Part shown: piece after piece, positions 24,133 through 34,184 of the stretch
How the letters are laid out: every line of letters begins with the position of its first letter
Numbering within the stretch: position 1 is the first letter of the stretch
IMG/VR virus record: IMGVR_UViG_3300041097_000025
Location: 1-43,024 of that record
DNA from: a virus
Taxonomy: Duplodnaviria > Caudoviricetes
Reading direction: 5' to 3' (one strand)
Length of the DNA stretch: 43,024 nucleotides
Made by a program: the position numbers and the translations under genes
The notes under the pieces: generated by a model
The model's database searches: none
The model's input: only the letters and a program-made list of their open reading frames with translations
What the model was told of the DNA's origin: nothing

Positions 24133-25607
24133 TGGGCTGGTTCGAAACCATCAAACGCCGGGTCTTTGGCAGCACCCCCACCTACGATGGTGCAGGCTTC
24201 GGTCGGCGCACGCTCGCCTGGACGGTAGCCAACCCCGGTGCGGTCGCGGCACTCGCCTACACGCAGGAGCAGTTGCGCGCCAAGAGCCGCGACCTCGTGC
24301 GGCGCAATGCTTGGGCAGCTGCCGGCATCGAGGCCTTCGTCGCCAACGCCATCGGTACCGGCATCAAGCCGCAGAGCATGGTGGAAGATGCCGCCCAGCG
24401 CGAATCCGTCCAGCGCTTGTGGTGGGACTGGTGCGAGACCGCCGATGCAGCAGGACTCACCGATTTCTATGGCCTGCAGTCGCTCGCCTGCCGGGCCATG
24501 CTGGAGGGAGGCGAGGCGATCGTGCGACTGCGCTGGCGGCGCCCCGAGGACGGGCTGCCGGTAGCACTCCAAATTCAAGTGCTGGAGGCCGAGCATCTGC
24601 CGCTGGCGATGAACCGGGAGCTCACGAACGGTAACGTCATTCGCGCCGGCATCGAGTTCGACCGGCTCGGACGACGTGTGGCTTACCACCTCTATCGCTC
24701 GCATCCGAACGACGGAAGTCTCGGCCCAATGTCCGGGTCGGGTGGCGTCGAAACAGTTCGGGTGCCGGCAGAGGAAGTCATCCATCTCTTCCGGCCGCTA
24801 CGGCCCGGGCAGATCCGGGGTGAGCCATGGCTCGCCCGCGCCCTGGTGAAGCTGAACGAACTCGACCAGTACGACGATGCCGAACTGGTGCGCAAGAAGA
24901 CCGCCGCGATGTTCGCGGGTTTCATCACCCGACTCGCCCCCGAGGACAACTTGATGGGCGAAGGCCTATCAGACGCCAATGGTGTGGCGCTGGCCGGGCT
25001 CGAACCGGGCACCCTGCAAATTCTGGAGCCGGGCGAGGACATCAAGTTCTCGGCCCCGGCCGATGTCGGCAGTTCCTATGCCGAGTTCATGCGCCAGCAG
25101 TTCCGGGCAGTGGCGGCCGCCATGGGCATCACCTACGAGATGCTGACCGGCGATCTCACCCAGGTGAACTACTCCTCGATCCGCGCCGGCCTGCTGGAGT
25201 TCCGCCGTCGCTGTGAAGTGATCCAGCACGGCGTGATCGTCCATCAGCTGTGCCGGCCGATCTGGCGGGCCTGGATGGACCAGGCGGTGCTCGAAGGTTC
25301 GCTCGTGCTCCCTGGTTACAGCCGCCGTCGGCGTGAGTACCAAGTCGCCAAGTGGATTCCGCAGGGCTGGCAGTGGGTCGACCCGCAGAAGGAATTCAAC
25401 GCCATGAAGCTCGCCATCCGGGCTGGTCTCACCAGCCGTTCGGAGGCGATCTCGGCCTACGGCTACGACGCCGAGGATGTCGATCGGGAGATCGCGACTG
25501 ATAACGCCCGTGCCGATGCATTGGGCCTCGTCTTCGATTCCGATCCACGGCACGACCAGGCACCGACGGTCGCGCCGCCTCCACAAACCGAACAACCAAC
25601 GGAGTAA
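24132..25607 (+). CDS. Portal protein, lambda family
   Basis: LRAKSRDLVRRNAWA, RPGQIRGEPW, YEMLTGDLTQVNYSSIRAG, WVDPQKE. Confidence 0.95.
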   Translation: MGWFETIKRRVFGSTPTYDGAGFGRRTLAWTVANPGAVAALAYTQEQLRAKSRDLVRRNAWAAAGIEAFVANAIGTGIKPQSMVEDAAQRESVQRLWWDWCETADAAGLTDFYGLQSLACRAMLEGGEAIVRLRWRRPEDGLPVALQIQVLEAEHLPLAMNRELTNGNVIRAGIEFDRLGRRVAYHLYRSHPNDGSLGPMSGSGGVETVRVPAEEVIHLFRPLRPGQIRGEPWLARALVKLNELDQYDDAELVRKKTAAMFAGFITRLAPEDNLMGEGLSDANGVALAGLEPGTLQILEPGEDIKFSAPADVGSSYAEFMRQQFRAVAAAMGITYEMLTGDLTQVNYSSIRAGLLEFRRRCEVIQHGVIVHQLCRPIWRAWMDQAVLEGSLVLPGYSRRRREYQVAKWIPQGWQWVDPQKEFNAMKLAIRAGLTSRSEAISAYGYDAEDVDREIATDNARADALGLVFDSDPRHDQAPTVAPPPQTEQPTE

Positions 25608-25610
25608 TTC

Positions 25611-26858
25611 ATGCTGCCACATCTCGCCTCCCGCATCTTCGGGACGCCGTTGCTCGTCCATCGCGCCAAGCTCGACGTGATTCTGTCCGCCATCGGGCCA
25701 CGATTGGGAATCGACAACCCGATCCCTGCTGATGCCACGGCGCTACTCGCGGCTGCGCCCGCACCCCGTCCAAACATGCAAGGCGCTGTCGGCATTGCCG
25801 TGATCCCGATTCACGGCACGCTGGTGAAACGCACCCTGGGGCTGGAGGCGGCCTCGGGGCTGACCAGTTATCAGGACATCAGCGTGATGCTCAATGCGGC
25901 GCTGGCCGACCCGAGTGTCACCGGCATCCTGTTGGATGTCGATTCGCCGGGTGGCGAGGCGTCGGGCAGTTTCGAGCTCGCCCGCCGCGTGCGTGAAGCC
26001 GCTGCCGTGAAACCCATCTGGGCCGTGGCCAATGACGCCGCCTTCTCGGCCGCCTACGCCATCGCATCTTCCACCGAACGCATCGTCGTCACCGAAACCG
26101 GTGGCGTCGGCTCGATCGGCGTGATTGCGCTGCACATCGACCAGTCGGTGAAGGACGCCAACGATGGCTACCGCTATACCGCCATCACGGCGGGCCGGCA
26201 CAAGAATGATTTCTCGCCGCATGAGCCGCTCACCGACACGGCGAAGAGCGAGCTCCAGACTGAAGTCGATCGGCTCTACGGCATCTTTGTCAGCCATGTG
26301 GCCGCCATGCGTGGGCTGCCGGAGATGGCAGTGCGTGCGACAGAGGCAGCCCTCTACTTCGGCCCGAACGCCACGGCGGCCGGTCTTGCCGATGCCGTCG
26401 GCACGCTGGAGGCAACGCTCACTGAATTCTCGATTTACCTCAGCTCCCGAGGCCGCAAGGCGCCCCCGGCTCGGGCAGTGTCTCGAAACGGGGCGACGCA
26501 TTCGCTGGAGAACGTTATGTCCGAAAAAGAAGTGCAAGTAGAAATGATCAGCGTGGATGAGGCGGCCGCTCAGTTGGCAGAGCGGGTCGCCGAAGCCCGC
26601 CGCGAAGTCACCCAATCCGCCCAGGCCATCGCCGAGCTATGCCTGATCGCCGGCTGTCCCGACAAGGCTGCCGCATTCATTGCAGAAGGCAAGAGCGAGG
26701 CGGAGGTGCGCCGAGTGCTGTGTGAGGCCAAGGCCATCCGGTCGGAAGCCACGCCCATCCACTCGACCATCACGCCTGAAGCCGGCACCGATGTGTCCCA
26801 GCGTCCCGAGTCTTCGCCCGTGGTCGCTGCCGTCAAGAAACTCACCACCAAGGAGTAA
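25611..26858 (+). CDS. S49 prohead protease (gpC-like) with scaffold-like C-terminus
   Basis: LDVDSPGGE, AFSAAYAIAS, GVGSIGV. Confidence 0.92.
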   Translation: MLPHLASRIFGTPLLVHRAKLDVILSAIGPRLGIDNPIPADATALLAAAPAPRPNMQGAVGIAVIPIHGTLVKRTLGLEAASGLTSYQDISVMLNAALADPSVTGILLDVDSPGGEASGSFELARRVREAAAVKPIWAVANDAAFSAAYAIASSTERIVVTETGGVGSIGVIALHIDQSVKDANDGYRYTAITAGRHKNDFSPHEPLTDTAKSELQTEVDRLYGIFVSHVAAMRGLPEMAVRATEAALYFGPNATAAGLADAVGTLEATLTEFSIYLSSRGRKAPPARAVSRNGATHSLENVMSEKEVQVEMISVDEAAAQLAERVAEARREVTQSAQAIAELCLIAGCPDKAAAFIAEGKSEAEVRRVLCEAKAIRSEATPIHSTITPEAGTDVSQRPESSPVVAAVKKLTTKE

Positions 26859-26861
26859 GTC

Positions 26862-27239
26862 ATGCCCGCCATCACCCAGAGCAAGAATCTCGGCGACCTG
26901 CTGAAGTATGAGGCGCCGAACCTCTATTCCCGCGAGGCCGCCACCGTGGCTTCCGGCCAGAACCTGCAACTCGGCACCGTGCTCGGCAGGAAAACCGCCG
27001 ACGGCAAGCTGTATGCCCTGGCACCGGCCGCAACCGACGGTACCGAAGCGGCCGTGGGCGTACTCGCTGCAGACACCGATGCGACCCTGATCGATCGGGA
27101 CGACGCCATCGCGGTGGCACGCCACGCCATCGTCGCGCGAGGCACCCTGATCTGGCCAGCCGGTATCACCGTGCCGCAGAAGGCTGCTGCGGAGGTACAG
27201 CTTATCGCCCTCGGCATTCTGGTGCGCGACGCAGCCTGA
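26862..27239 (+). CDS. Head decoration protein (gpD-like)
   Basis: SGQNLQLGTVLG...DGTEAAVGVL; between protease and capsid. Confidence 0.85.
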   Translation: MPAITQSKNLGDLLKYEAPNLYSREAATVASGQNLQLGTVLGRKTADGKLYALAPAATDGTEAAVGVLAADTDATLIDRDDAIAVARHAIVARGTLIWPAGITVPQKAAAEVQLIALGILVRDAA

Positions 27240-27263
27240 TCCGACCCATCCCTTCGTTCCCAA

Positions 27264-27287
27264 GAAGCCCGCCATCCGGCGGGTTTC
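27264..27287 (+). terminator. GC-rich hairpin (terminator or mRNA stabiliser) before the capsid gene
   Basis: GAAGCCCGCC-ATCC-GGCGGGTTTC; weak U tract. Confidence 0.45.
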
Positions 27288-27306
27288 GTCATTCTGGAGA
27301 TATGAA

Positions 27307-28311
27307 ATGCAGAATCCCTTCGACAACCCCGGCTTCGCCATGGCAAGCCTTACCACAGCCATCAATCTCGTCCCCAACCGCTACGGTCGTATCGAGCAGT
27401 TGGGGCTCATCCCGGCCAAGCCGGTGCGCACCCGGCAGATCATCGTCGAGGAGTACGCAGGCCGCCTCAACCTCCTGCCCACCAAGCCGCCCGGTTCGCC
27501 GGGCACGGTGGGCGAGCGCGGCAACCGCAAGCTGCGCTCCTTCGTCATCCCCCACATCCCGCATGACGACGTGGTGCTACCCGAGGAGGTGCAGGGCATC
27601 CGTGCTTTCGGCTCGGAGACCGAGATGGAGGCGATCGCCGGCGTCATGGCCAGGCACCTGGAAACCATGCGTAACAAGCACGCCATCACCCTGGAACACC
27701 TGCGCATGGGCGCGCTCAAGGGCCAGATTCTGGATGCCGATGGCAGCACCATCTACGACCTCTACACCGAGTTCGGCCTCACCTCCCAGGCGGTGAACTT
27801 CGACCTCGCCAACGCAAACAGCGAAATCAAGGGGCACTGCTACGACGTGCTCGCCGCCATCGAGGATGGCCTCATGGGCGAGTTCATGACCGGCGTGCAT
27901 GTGCTCTGCTCGCCCGATTTCTTCCGGGCGCTCACCACCCACAAGGAGGTCAAGACGGCCTACGCCAACTGGCAGCAGGGCGCGATCCTGATCAACGACG
28001 TGCGCTCCGGTTTCACCTTCGCCGGCATCACCTTCGAGGAGTATCGCGGCCAGGCCAGCGACATCAACGGCACGGTGCGCAAGTTCATCGCCCCGGGTGA
28101 AGCGCATGCCTTCCCCCTGGGTACGATCGACACCTTCGCCACCTACTTCGCGCCGGCGGACTTCAACGAGACGGTGAATACCCTCGGCCAGCCGCTCTAC
28201 GCGAAGCAGGAGCCGCGCAAGTTCGAACGTGGCACGGATCTGCACACCCAGTCCAACCCACTGCCGATGTGCCACCGGCCCGGGGTTCTGGTGAAGCTGA
28301 CGAGTGCGTGA
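27307..28311 (+). CDS. Major capsid protein (lambda gpE family)
   Basis: 334 aa, LTTAINLVPN, EHLRMGALKGQILDADG, TQSNPLPMCHRPGVL. Confidence 0.92.
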   Translation: MQNPFDNPGFAMASLTTAINLVPNRYGRIEQLGLIPAKPVRTRQIIVEEYAGRLNLLPTKPPGSPGTVGERGNRKLRSFVIPHIPHDDVVLPEEVQGIRAFGSETEMEAIAGVMARHLETMRNKHAITLEHLRMGALKGQILDADGSTIYDLYTEFGLTSQAVNFDLANANSEIKGHCYDVLAAIEDGLMGEFMTGVHVLCSPDFFRALTTHKEVKTAYANWQQGAILINDVRSGFTFAGITFEEYRGQASDINGTVRKFIAPGEAHAFPLGTIDTFATYFAPADFNETVNTLGQPLYAKQEPRKFERGTDLHTQSNPLPMCHRPGVLVKLTSA

Positions 28312-28595
28312 TGGTAGCCGTGGCTGATCTGTACGACGCGGCCGCCCGCGCTGGTCTGCTCACCGCCGTCAAGGTTGGCACCCTGATCGTCGAGTGCGGT
28401 TTCCGCGCACCCGACGAGACGGTGCTCGATGGCCTGGCGCTCTCCCGCGATTATGAGATCGAGTTCCCGATCGAGCGTCTGCTGCTCGCCGTCGGGGACA
28501 CGGTTGAGATCGCAGGCCAACTCTACCGCGTGCGCGAGGTCATTGCGCTGCGGGACGGCAACGAGTGCCGGGCAAAGCTCGCGAGGTTGCCATGA
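28311..28595 (+). CDS. Head-tail joining protein (gpFII-like)
   Basis: 94 aa beta-rich, GDTVEIAGQLYRVREV...DG; position after the capsid. Confidence 0.7.
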   Translation: MVAVADLYDAAARAGLLTAVKVGTLIVECGFRAPDETVLDGLALSRDYEIEFPIERLLLAVGDTVEIAGQLYRVREVIALRDGNECRAKLARLP

Positions 28596-29020
28596 ACTCG
28601 GTGCGTGAACGGATTGTGCGCGAGGTGGTGGCACGGTGTGGGACGGCGTTGGCGCCTGTCGTGGTGATGCGTCAACCCACCACGGCCATCCCACGCGAGC
28701 AGACGCCGGCCCTCGTCGTGATCGTCGAGTCCGATGCACCGGTGAAGCGCAGCAATGACCGCATGGAACGCGAGCTCGTCTTGCGGCTCGTAGGTCTCGC
28801 CCGTGATCCGACCGACGGCCATGCCGTGGTCGACGACCTGATCTGCCGTGCTCACGTCGCCCTGTTCGCGGACAGCACCCTCGGCAGTCTGGCACTCGGG
28901 GTCGCCGAGATGGATGCCGATTACCAAGCCGAGGACGCCGACATCGACGCCATCGCTATCCCGGCCATGTACCGCATCACCTACCGCACCCTCATTTCCG
29001 ACATCACTCAAGGAGGCTGA
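28592..29020 (+). CDS. Tail terminator protein (gpU-like)
   Basis: MNSVRERIV...PALVV...ADSTLGSLA...YRITYRT. Confidence 0.7.
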   Translation: MNSVRERIVREVVARCGTALAPVVVMRQPTTAIPREQTPALVVIVESDAPVKRSNDRMERELVLRLVGLARDPTDGHAVVDDLICRAHVALFADSTLGSLALGVAEMDADYQAEDADIDAIAIPAMYRITYRTLISDITQGG

Positions 29021-29021
29021 C

Positions 29022-29219
29022 ATGCCCAAGCTGAAACTTCTCATCACCCATACCCACGCCGGGGTGGCCTACTCCGCCGGCCACGTCCTCGACGTGGACG
29101 AGCATACCGCCCGCTGGTTGATCGACCACCGGATCGGCGAACCCGCCACCCAGCGCTCCGAGCCGGCACCGGATGCACTCGATGCCTCGGTGAAGATCGC
29201 CAAACCCCCCAAGGAGTAA
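29022..29219 (+). CDS. Small virion-associated hypothetical protein
   Basis: 65 aa, HTHAGVAYSAGHVLDVDEHTARWLI; AGGAGG SD. Confidence 0.65.
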   Translation: MPKLKLLITHTHAGVAYSAGHVLDVDEHTARWLIDHRIGEPATQRSEPAPDALDASVKIAKPPKE

Positions 29220-29225
29220 CCCACC

Positions 29226-29981
29226 ATGTCCTACTACGCATCGTTCCAAGGCCGGGTCTATCTCGGCGAACGCAACGCCAATGGCGACCCGATCAATGTC
29301 CGCTCGCCCGGCAACGTCGCCGACCTGTCGCTGTCCCTCAAGACCGACGTGATCGAGCACTACGAGAGCCAGACCGGCCAGCGCGCTGTCGATCTGCGTC
29401 TCGTCAAGCAGAAGTCCGCTACCGTCGCCCTGACCATCGAGGAGTTCACCAAGGAGAACCTCGCTCTGGCCCTCTACGGCAATCACGAAACCGGCACCGG
29501 CGGCAGTGTCACCGATGAGCCAGTCGGAAGCGCCACCCCGGTCGTTGGCGATCGCTACTTCCTCGCCCATCCCAAGGTCTCGGCTTTGTCGGTGGTGGAT
29601 TCAGCAGGTACGCCGGCTACGTTGACGCTGGGTACGCACTACACGGCGGATGTGGATTTCGGTGCCATCCAGTTCCTCGACACCACGGGTCTGACCGCAC
29701 CTTTCAAAGCCAGCTACACCTTCGGCGCGGTGACCGAGATCGGCATCTTCACTCAGCCCCTGCCCGAGCGCTTCCTGCGTCTCGAAGGGGTGAACACCGC
29801 CGCCAATAACGCCAAGGTGCTGGTCGAGCTCTACCGCGTGGCGTTCGACCCGTTGAAGAAGTTCGACATCATCTCGAACGACCTCAACAAGTTCGAGATG
29901 GAAGGCTCGCTGCTGGCCGACTCCACCAAACCCTACGACGCGGTGCTCGGCCAGTTCGGTCGCATCGTCCAGCTCGGGTGA
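29226..29981 (+). CDS. Major tail tube protein
   Basis: 251 aa, FQGRVYLGER...GNVADLSLSL; lies before the chaperones and tape measure. Confidence 0.8.
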   Translation: MSYYASFQGRVYLGERNANGDPINVRSPGNVADLSLSLKTDVIEHYESQTGQRAVDLRLVKQKSATVALTIEEFTKENLALALYGNHETGTGGSVTDEPVGSATPVVGDRYFLAHPKVSALSVVDSAGTPATLTLGTHYTADVDFGAIQFLDTTGLTAPFKASYTFGAVTEIGIFTQPLPERFLRLEGVNTAANNAKVLVELYRVAFDPLKKFDIISNDLNKFEMEGSLLADSTKPYDAVLGQFGRIVQLG

Positions 29982-29986
29982 TCGCC

Positions 29987-30409
29987 ATGACTGACGATAC
30001 CTTTGCCGCGCTGCCGCCGGTACCCGAGACCTTGAACATCGGCGGTGAAACCCTCGACATCACGCCGCTCAAGGTGGGCGAACTGCCTATCTTCGCCCGC
30101 ACCATCCGTCCCTTTGCTGGGAAGCTCACCGCCGATCCCGATTGGCTGCGCCTGCTGTCCGAGGATGGCGAGGCAGTGATCCTGGCGCTGGCCATTGCTT
30201 GCCGCCGACCGCCGGAGTGGGTGGCGAATCTCGCCTTGGACGATGCCATCCGGCTTGCCGAGGCGGTGTTCGGAGCCAATGCGGATTTTTTTATCCGCCG
30301 CGTGGTGCCGGAAATCACGCGGGTCAGCCAGCGGATCGGAACGGTGATCCCTGGAGCGACGCCATCGCCCGGCTCCTCCGGGCCGGACACCGCTATCCCG
30401 ATGTCCTGA
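29987..30409 (+). CDS. Tail assembly chaperone (gpG-like)
   Basis: ITPLKVGELPIF...VFGANADFFIRRV; contains the slippery T7 run at 30286-30292. Confidence 0.75.
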   Translation: MTDDTFAALPPVPETLNIGGETLDITPLKVGELPIFARTIRPFAGKLTADPDWLRLLSEDGEAVILALAIACRRPPEWVANLALDDAIRLAEAVFGANADFFIRRVVPEITRVSQRIGTVIPGATPSPGSSGPDTAIPMS

Positions 30410-30558
30410 CCTACACGCTCGCGCAGCTGCGGGCGTTCCTGGTTGCCGCTGAACGCGCCGAGCGAGAAGACCTCGCGGGGCAGTTCGCCTTGCTGGTGAC
30501 GGCCGTGCGCGGTGGCAGCAACGAAATCAAATCCCTCGTGCGAGAACTAAAGCCATGA
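30286..30558 (+). CDS. -1 frameshift extension of the tail chaperone (gpT-like part of gpGT)
   Basis: The -1 frame stays open past T TTT TTT to 30558 and encodes WSDAIARLLRAGHRYPDVLTYTLAQLRAFL. Confidence 0.7.
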   Translation, partial: FFYPPRGAGNHAGQPADRNGDPWSDAIARLLRAGHRYPDVLTYTLAQLRAFLVAAERAEREDLAGQFALLVTAVRGGSNEIKSLVRELKP

Positions 30559-31208
30559 AACTGTCGCTCATCACTTCGGGGCTGCTCGATCCGAAGCGGC
30601 TCGACAGTTGGGTGCCGGAGAAACGTCGGGCGATTCGCAAGGCCGTGGAAGCCGGCATGAAAACCGCCGGCAAGGTGATCGCCCAGGCAGCCCAGTCCCG
30701 GATGCAGTCGGTCTTCAAGGTGAGGAAGGCAGGATTCTTGAAGTCGATGCGGCACAAGCTCTACGCCGGCAGCCCCGAGAAATTCCCGGCGCTCCTGGTT
30801 GGCTCGCGCATCTCGTGGCTGGGCATCCACGTCCGTGGCGGCACGATTGGAGGAAAGATGTTGATTCCCTTGTTGCCTGAGCACCAGCGCATCGGGCGCA
30901 AGGCGTTCCGCCGCGTGATCGATGGCCTGATGCGCGCCGGCAACGCCTTCTTCATCGAGAAGAACGGCAAGGTGATCCTGATGGCCGAGAACATCAAGGA
31001 CAACACCAGCGAACTGCGTCGCTTCAAACGGGCGGAACGGGGTCGCTCCGGTGCGAAGTCGATCAAGCGTGGCCAGGAAATTCCCATCGCCGTGCTGGTC
31101 CCGAGCGTGACCCTGCGTGGTCGCTTCGACCTGCCGGGCCTCGTGCGCTCGCAACTGCCGAAGCTCTCCACCGCCATCCTGCAACAACTGAACGCAAAAG
31201 GTCTGTAA
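30555..31208 (+). CDS. Basic phage protein (DUF6441-like, possibly tail completion)
   Basis: 217 aa, Lys/Arg-rich, IPIAVLVPSVTLRGRFDL. Confidence 0.6.
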   Translation: MKLSLITSGLLDPKRLDSWVPEKRRAIRKAVEAGMKTAGKVIAQAAQSRMQSVFKVRKAGFLKSMRHKLYAGSPEKFPALLVGSRISWLGIHVRGGTIGGKMLIPLLPEHQRIGRKAFRRVIDGLMRAGNAFFIEKNGKVILMAENIKDNTSELRRFKRAERGRSGAKSIKRGQEIPIAVLVPSVTLRGRFDLPGLVRSQLPKLSTAILQQLNAKGL

Positions 31209-31211
31209 CCC

Positions 31212-34184
31212 TTGGCATCCGACCGCGCCCAAATTCTCATCACTGCCATCGACCAGACCAAGTCGGCGCTTGCCTCGGTCAAGGGCAACCTGGAAGGTTT
31301 GTCGGTCGCTGCGAGCAAGGTCAACGGCGTGCTGGCAGGCTTGGGGGCGGCCTTGTCGCTGGGGGCACTGGTTGCCGCCGGCAAGGCGGCGCTCGACACC
31401 GCCGACAACCTCTCCAAGCTCTCGCAGAAGACCGGCATCTCGGTCGAGTCGCTGTCGCTGCTGAAACCCATCGCCGAGCAGTCCGGCATTTCGCTGGAGG
31501 GACTAGCCAAGGGGATGCAGAAGCTGGCGACCGCGATGGTCGAGGCGGCGGGTGGATCGAAAGAGCAGGTCGAGGCATTCAGCCGGTTGGGCGTCTCGGT
31601 CAAAGATGCCGCCGGCCAACTGCGCCCGACCGAGGAGGTATTGCTCGACCTCGCCGACGCCTTCGCCGCGATGCCCGATGGTGCCGAGAAATCGGCGCTG
31701 GCGGTCAAGCTCTTCGGCAAGAGCGGCGTCGAGCTGATCCCGTTCCTCAACCAGGGGCGAGCTGGCATCGAGCAATTGAAGCAGAAGTTCAAGGAGCTGG
31801 GCCTCGAGATCAGCGGCGACACCGCCAAGGCCGCCGAAAAGTTCAACGACACACTCGATACGGTGAAGCAGGCCCTGTCCGGCATCGCCATGAAAGTGGC
31901 CGAAGCGGCGCTGCCGGCCTTGCAGAAACTGGCCGACACCTTGGTGGCACTGGCCTCCCACGGCGAGGAGATAATGGCCGTGCTGCGGGTACTCGGCGAG
32001 ATCATCGTTGCTGTGCTGGCCGTCAAGGGCGTCGCGGCGGTGGCTGCGTTGGGTAGTGCCTTGGCGGTACTGAAGGCAGCCTTCATGCGCTTCCTGCCGG
32101 TGCTGGCCGCTGTGGCTGTCTGGGAGATGGGGCGCGGCATCGTCAACATGGTGCAGGACATCCGCGAGACCAACCGGGCCATCGATGAGATGAACCGGCA
32201 GCGTCAGCAACTGGAGCAACTGTCGGCGGCGATGGAGGAGCTGGCCAACACCGGCACGCTCTCCGTCAAAACCCAGATGATGCTGGCCGCGCAGGCCGCC
32301 GAGCGACTCAAGGCTGCCTTGCCCGGCACGGCGGATGCCCTGCGTGCCATCCAGGGCGCGGCCACCCAAGCCGGCGAGGCGATCCGGCAGGCGCTCGATG
32401 CCGAGACCAAGAAGGCCGCCGAAACGGTCAAGCAACTCTCGGCCAGCTACAAGCAGGTCGCCGCCGACATCAAGGCGATCTGGGATGCCCGCGTTGCCGA
32501 GATCGAGTCGAACTACAAGCGGCAGGAAGCGGCGGCGCAGAATGCCGCACGCTCCGAGTCTGCTGCGATCCGTGAATCGGCCCAATCGCTGCTTGCTGCC
32601 GAGCGCGAGAAACTCGCGGCGGTGGAAGCCGGAGCGCGGCAGATGGAGTCGGCCTGGAAGGCCACCTACGGTCAGGCCGTGGCGCTCGCCCGGGCCGCCG
32701 GGCAGGACGTACATGCCATCGAGCGGCAGGCGGTCGAGGCGCGCATCGCCATCTACTCCCAACTGGAGTCTGCCTACCGCGCCACCGTCGACCGGCTGAT
32801 CGCAGAGGAGCAGCGGCACCTGCAAGCAGCCAAAGCCGCCGACGAGGCCCGGCTCAACCTGCGCCTCTCGGTCGAAGATCGCATCCGCGAGCTTTCCCGC
32901 AAGGGGATGGACGAGTACGCGGCCTATCAGGATCGGCTGCGCCAGATCGACGAGAAGCAGGCGCAAGCCCGCGCGGCGCTCGCCGCCGGCAACTATGAGC
33001 AGGCCCGCAAACTTGCCGAAGAAGCCATCGCGCTGGCCGAGCGCACCGCATCGGCGGTAACCAAGCAAGTCGAGCAGAACGGCAAGACGGTCACCCAGAC
33101 TGTGGTCTCCGAGGGCCAGGCGGCAGCCACCGCCATCGGCGAGATCAAGGAGGCTGCTGGCATTGCCGATGCCGCGCTCAAGGGCTTGGGCGACGCGCAC
33201 AAACAGGCCGCCAGCGCTGCCGGCCAGGGTGCCGACGAGGCCAAGCGCGCACTCGCCTCGGTGTCCGATGAACTGGACAAGCTGCGCCAAGCTTTGCTCA
33301 CCCAGGACAAGCTCAAGCTCGAGGTCGACATCGAGGCCGCAAAGGCCGACATCGAGAAACTCAAGGCGCTGACCGAGTCGCAGCAACTCGTCGCCAAGAT
33401 TCAGGCTGACACCAAGGAGGCGCAAGCATCCCTGGAGAAACTCAAGTCCGACGCGGACAACCTGCAGTTGCTCGCCAAGGTTGAGGCCGATACCACGCAG
33501 GTCATGGCCGACATCGACCGGCTCAAGGGCACGCTGGCCAGCGCCAACGTCGAAATCCCGGCAATGGTGTCCTTCGATCAGCCCCGCCAGCAGTTGGCGT
33601 CGTTCGCCCTGGATGCCAAGACCGTGCTGTCGGCACCGACCTCGGCCACGCATACCGTGCAGCCTGACCTCGGGCAGTACCGGGCGGCCGTGTCGGAACT
33701 GCTGCGACCGACGTCGAGCACACACACGATCTACGTCACCAAGGTCTACACCAATGCCCAGGGTGGCCTGATCCAGAAGCTGGCGGAAGGCGGGCAGGCT
33801 GTCGCCGAAGGGTTTCGGCGGATGTCGGGGCGCATCTTCGGGCCGGGTACAGAAACCTCGGATTCGGTGCCGGCGCTGCTCTCCCACGGAGAATTCGTGA
33901 TCCGAGCGGCCAGCGTGCGCAAGTTCGGCGAGACCTTCTTCGCTTCGCTCAACGCCGGATTCCTGCCGCCGCTTCCGCGCTTCGCCGCCGGTGGGGCCGT
34001 GGGCAACGTGGTGAGTCAGGTGGCGATGATGGCTGGCGACAACGGTACGCCGGACCGCGCGCAGTTGCGTGACATTGTCGACCTGCGCTTCCACGTGGGC
34101 GGTAAGCCGCACACGGTGCAGTCCTCTCGCGAGACGGCAATGCAACTGGCGCAGGCGCTGCGCGAACTGTCGCGGGGGGCGTGA
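31212..34184 (+). CDS. Tail tape measure protein
   Basis: 990 aa, Ala-rich coiled coil, ILITAIDQT start (TTG), C-terminal GPGTETSDSVPALLSHGEFV and FAAGG. Confidence 0.9.
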   Translation: MASDRAQILITAIDQTKSALASVKGNLEGLSVAASKVNGVLAGLGAALSLGALVAAGKAALDTADNLSKLSQKTGISVESLSLLKPIAEQSGISLEGLAKGMQKLATAMVEAAGGSKEQVEAFSRLGVSVKDAAGQLRPTEEVLLDLADAFAAMPDGAEKSALAVKLFGKSGVELIPFLNQGRAGIEQLKQKFKELGLEISGDTAKAAEKFNDTLDTVKQALSGIAMKVAEAALPALQKLADTLVALASHGEEIMAVLRVLGEIIVAVLAVKGVAAVAALGSALAVLKAAFMRFLPVLAAVAVWEMGRGIVNMVQDIRETNRAIDEMNRQRQQLEQLSAAMEELANTGTLSVKTQMMLAAQAAERLKAALPGTADALRAIQGAATQAGEAIRQALDAETKKAAETVKQLSASYKQVAADIKAIWDARVAEIESNYKRQEAAAQNAARSESAAIRESAQSLLAAEREKLAAVEAGARQMESAWKATYGQAVALARAAGQDVHAIERQAVEARIAIYSQLESAYRATVDRLIAEEQRHLQAAKAADEARLNLRLSVEDRIRELSRKGMDEYAAYQDRLRQIDEKQAQARAALAAGNYEQARKLAEEAIALAERTASAVTKQVEQNGKTVTQTVVSEGQAAATAIGEIKEAAGIADAALKGLGDAHKQAASAAGQGADEAKRALASVSDELDKLRQALLTQDKLKLEVDIEAAKADIEKLKALTESQQLVAKIQADTKEAQASLEKLKSDADNLQLLAKVEADTTQVMADIDRLKGTLASANVEIPAMVSFDQPRQQLASFALDAKTVLSAPTSATHTVQPDLGQYRAAVSELLRPTSSTHTIYVTKVYTNAQGGLIQKLAEGGQAVAEGFRRMSGRIFGPGTETSDSVPALLSHGEFVIRAASVRKFGETFFASLNAGFLPPLPRFAAGGAVGNVVSQVAMMAGDNGTPDRAQLRDIVDLRFHVGGKPHTVQSSRETAMQLAQALRELSRGA

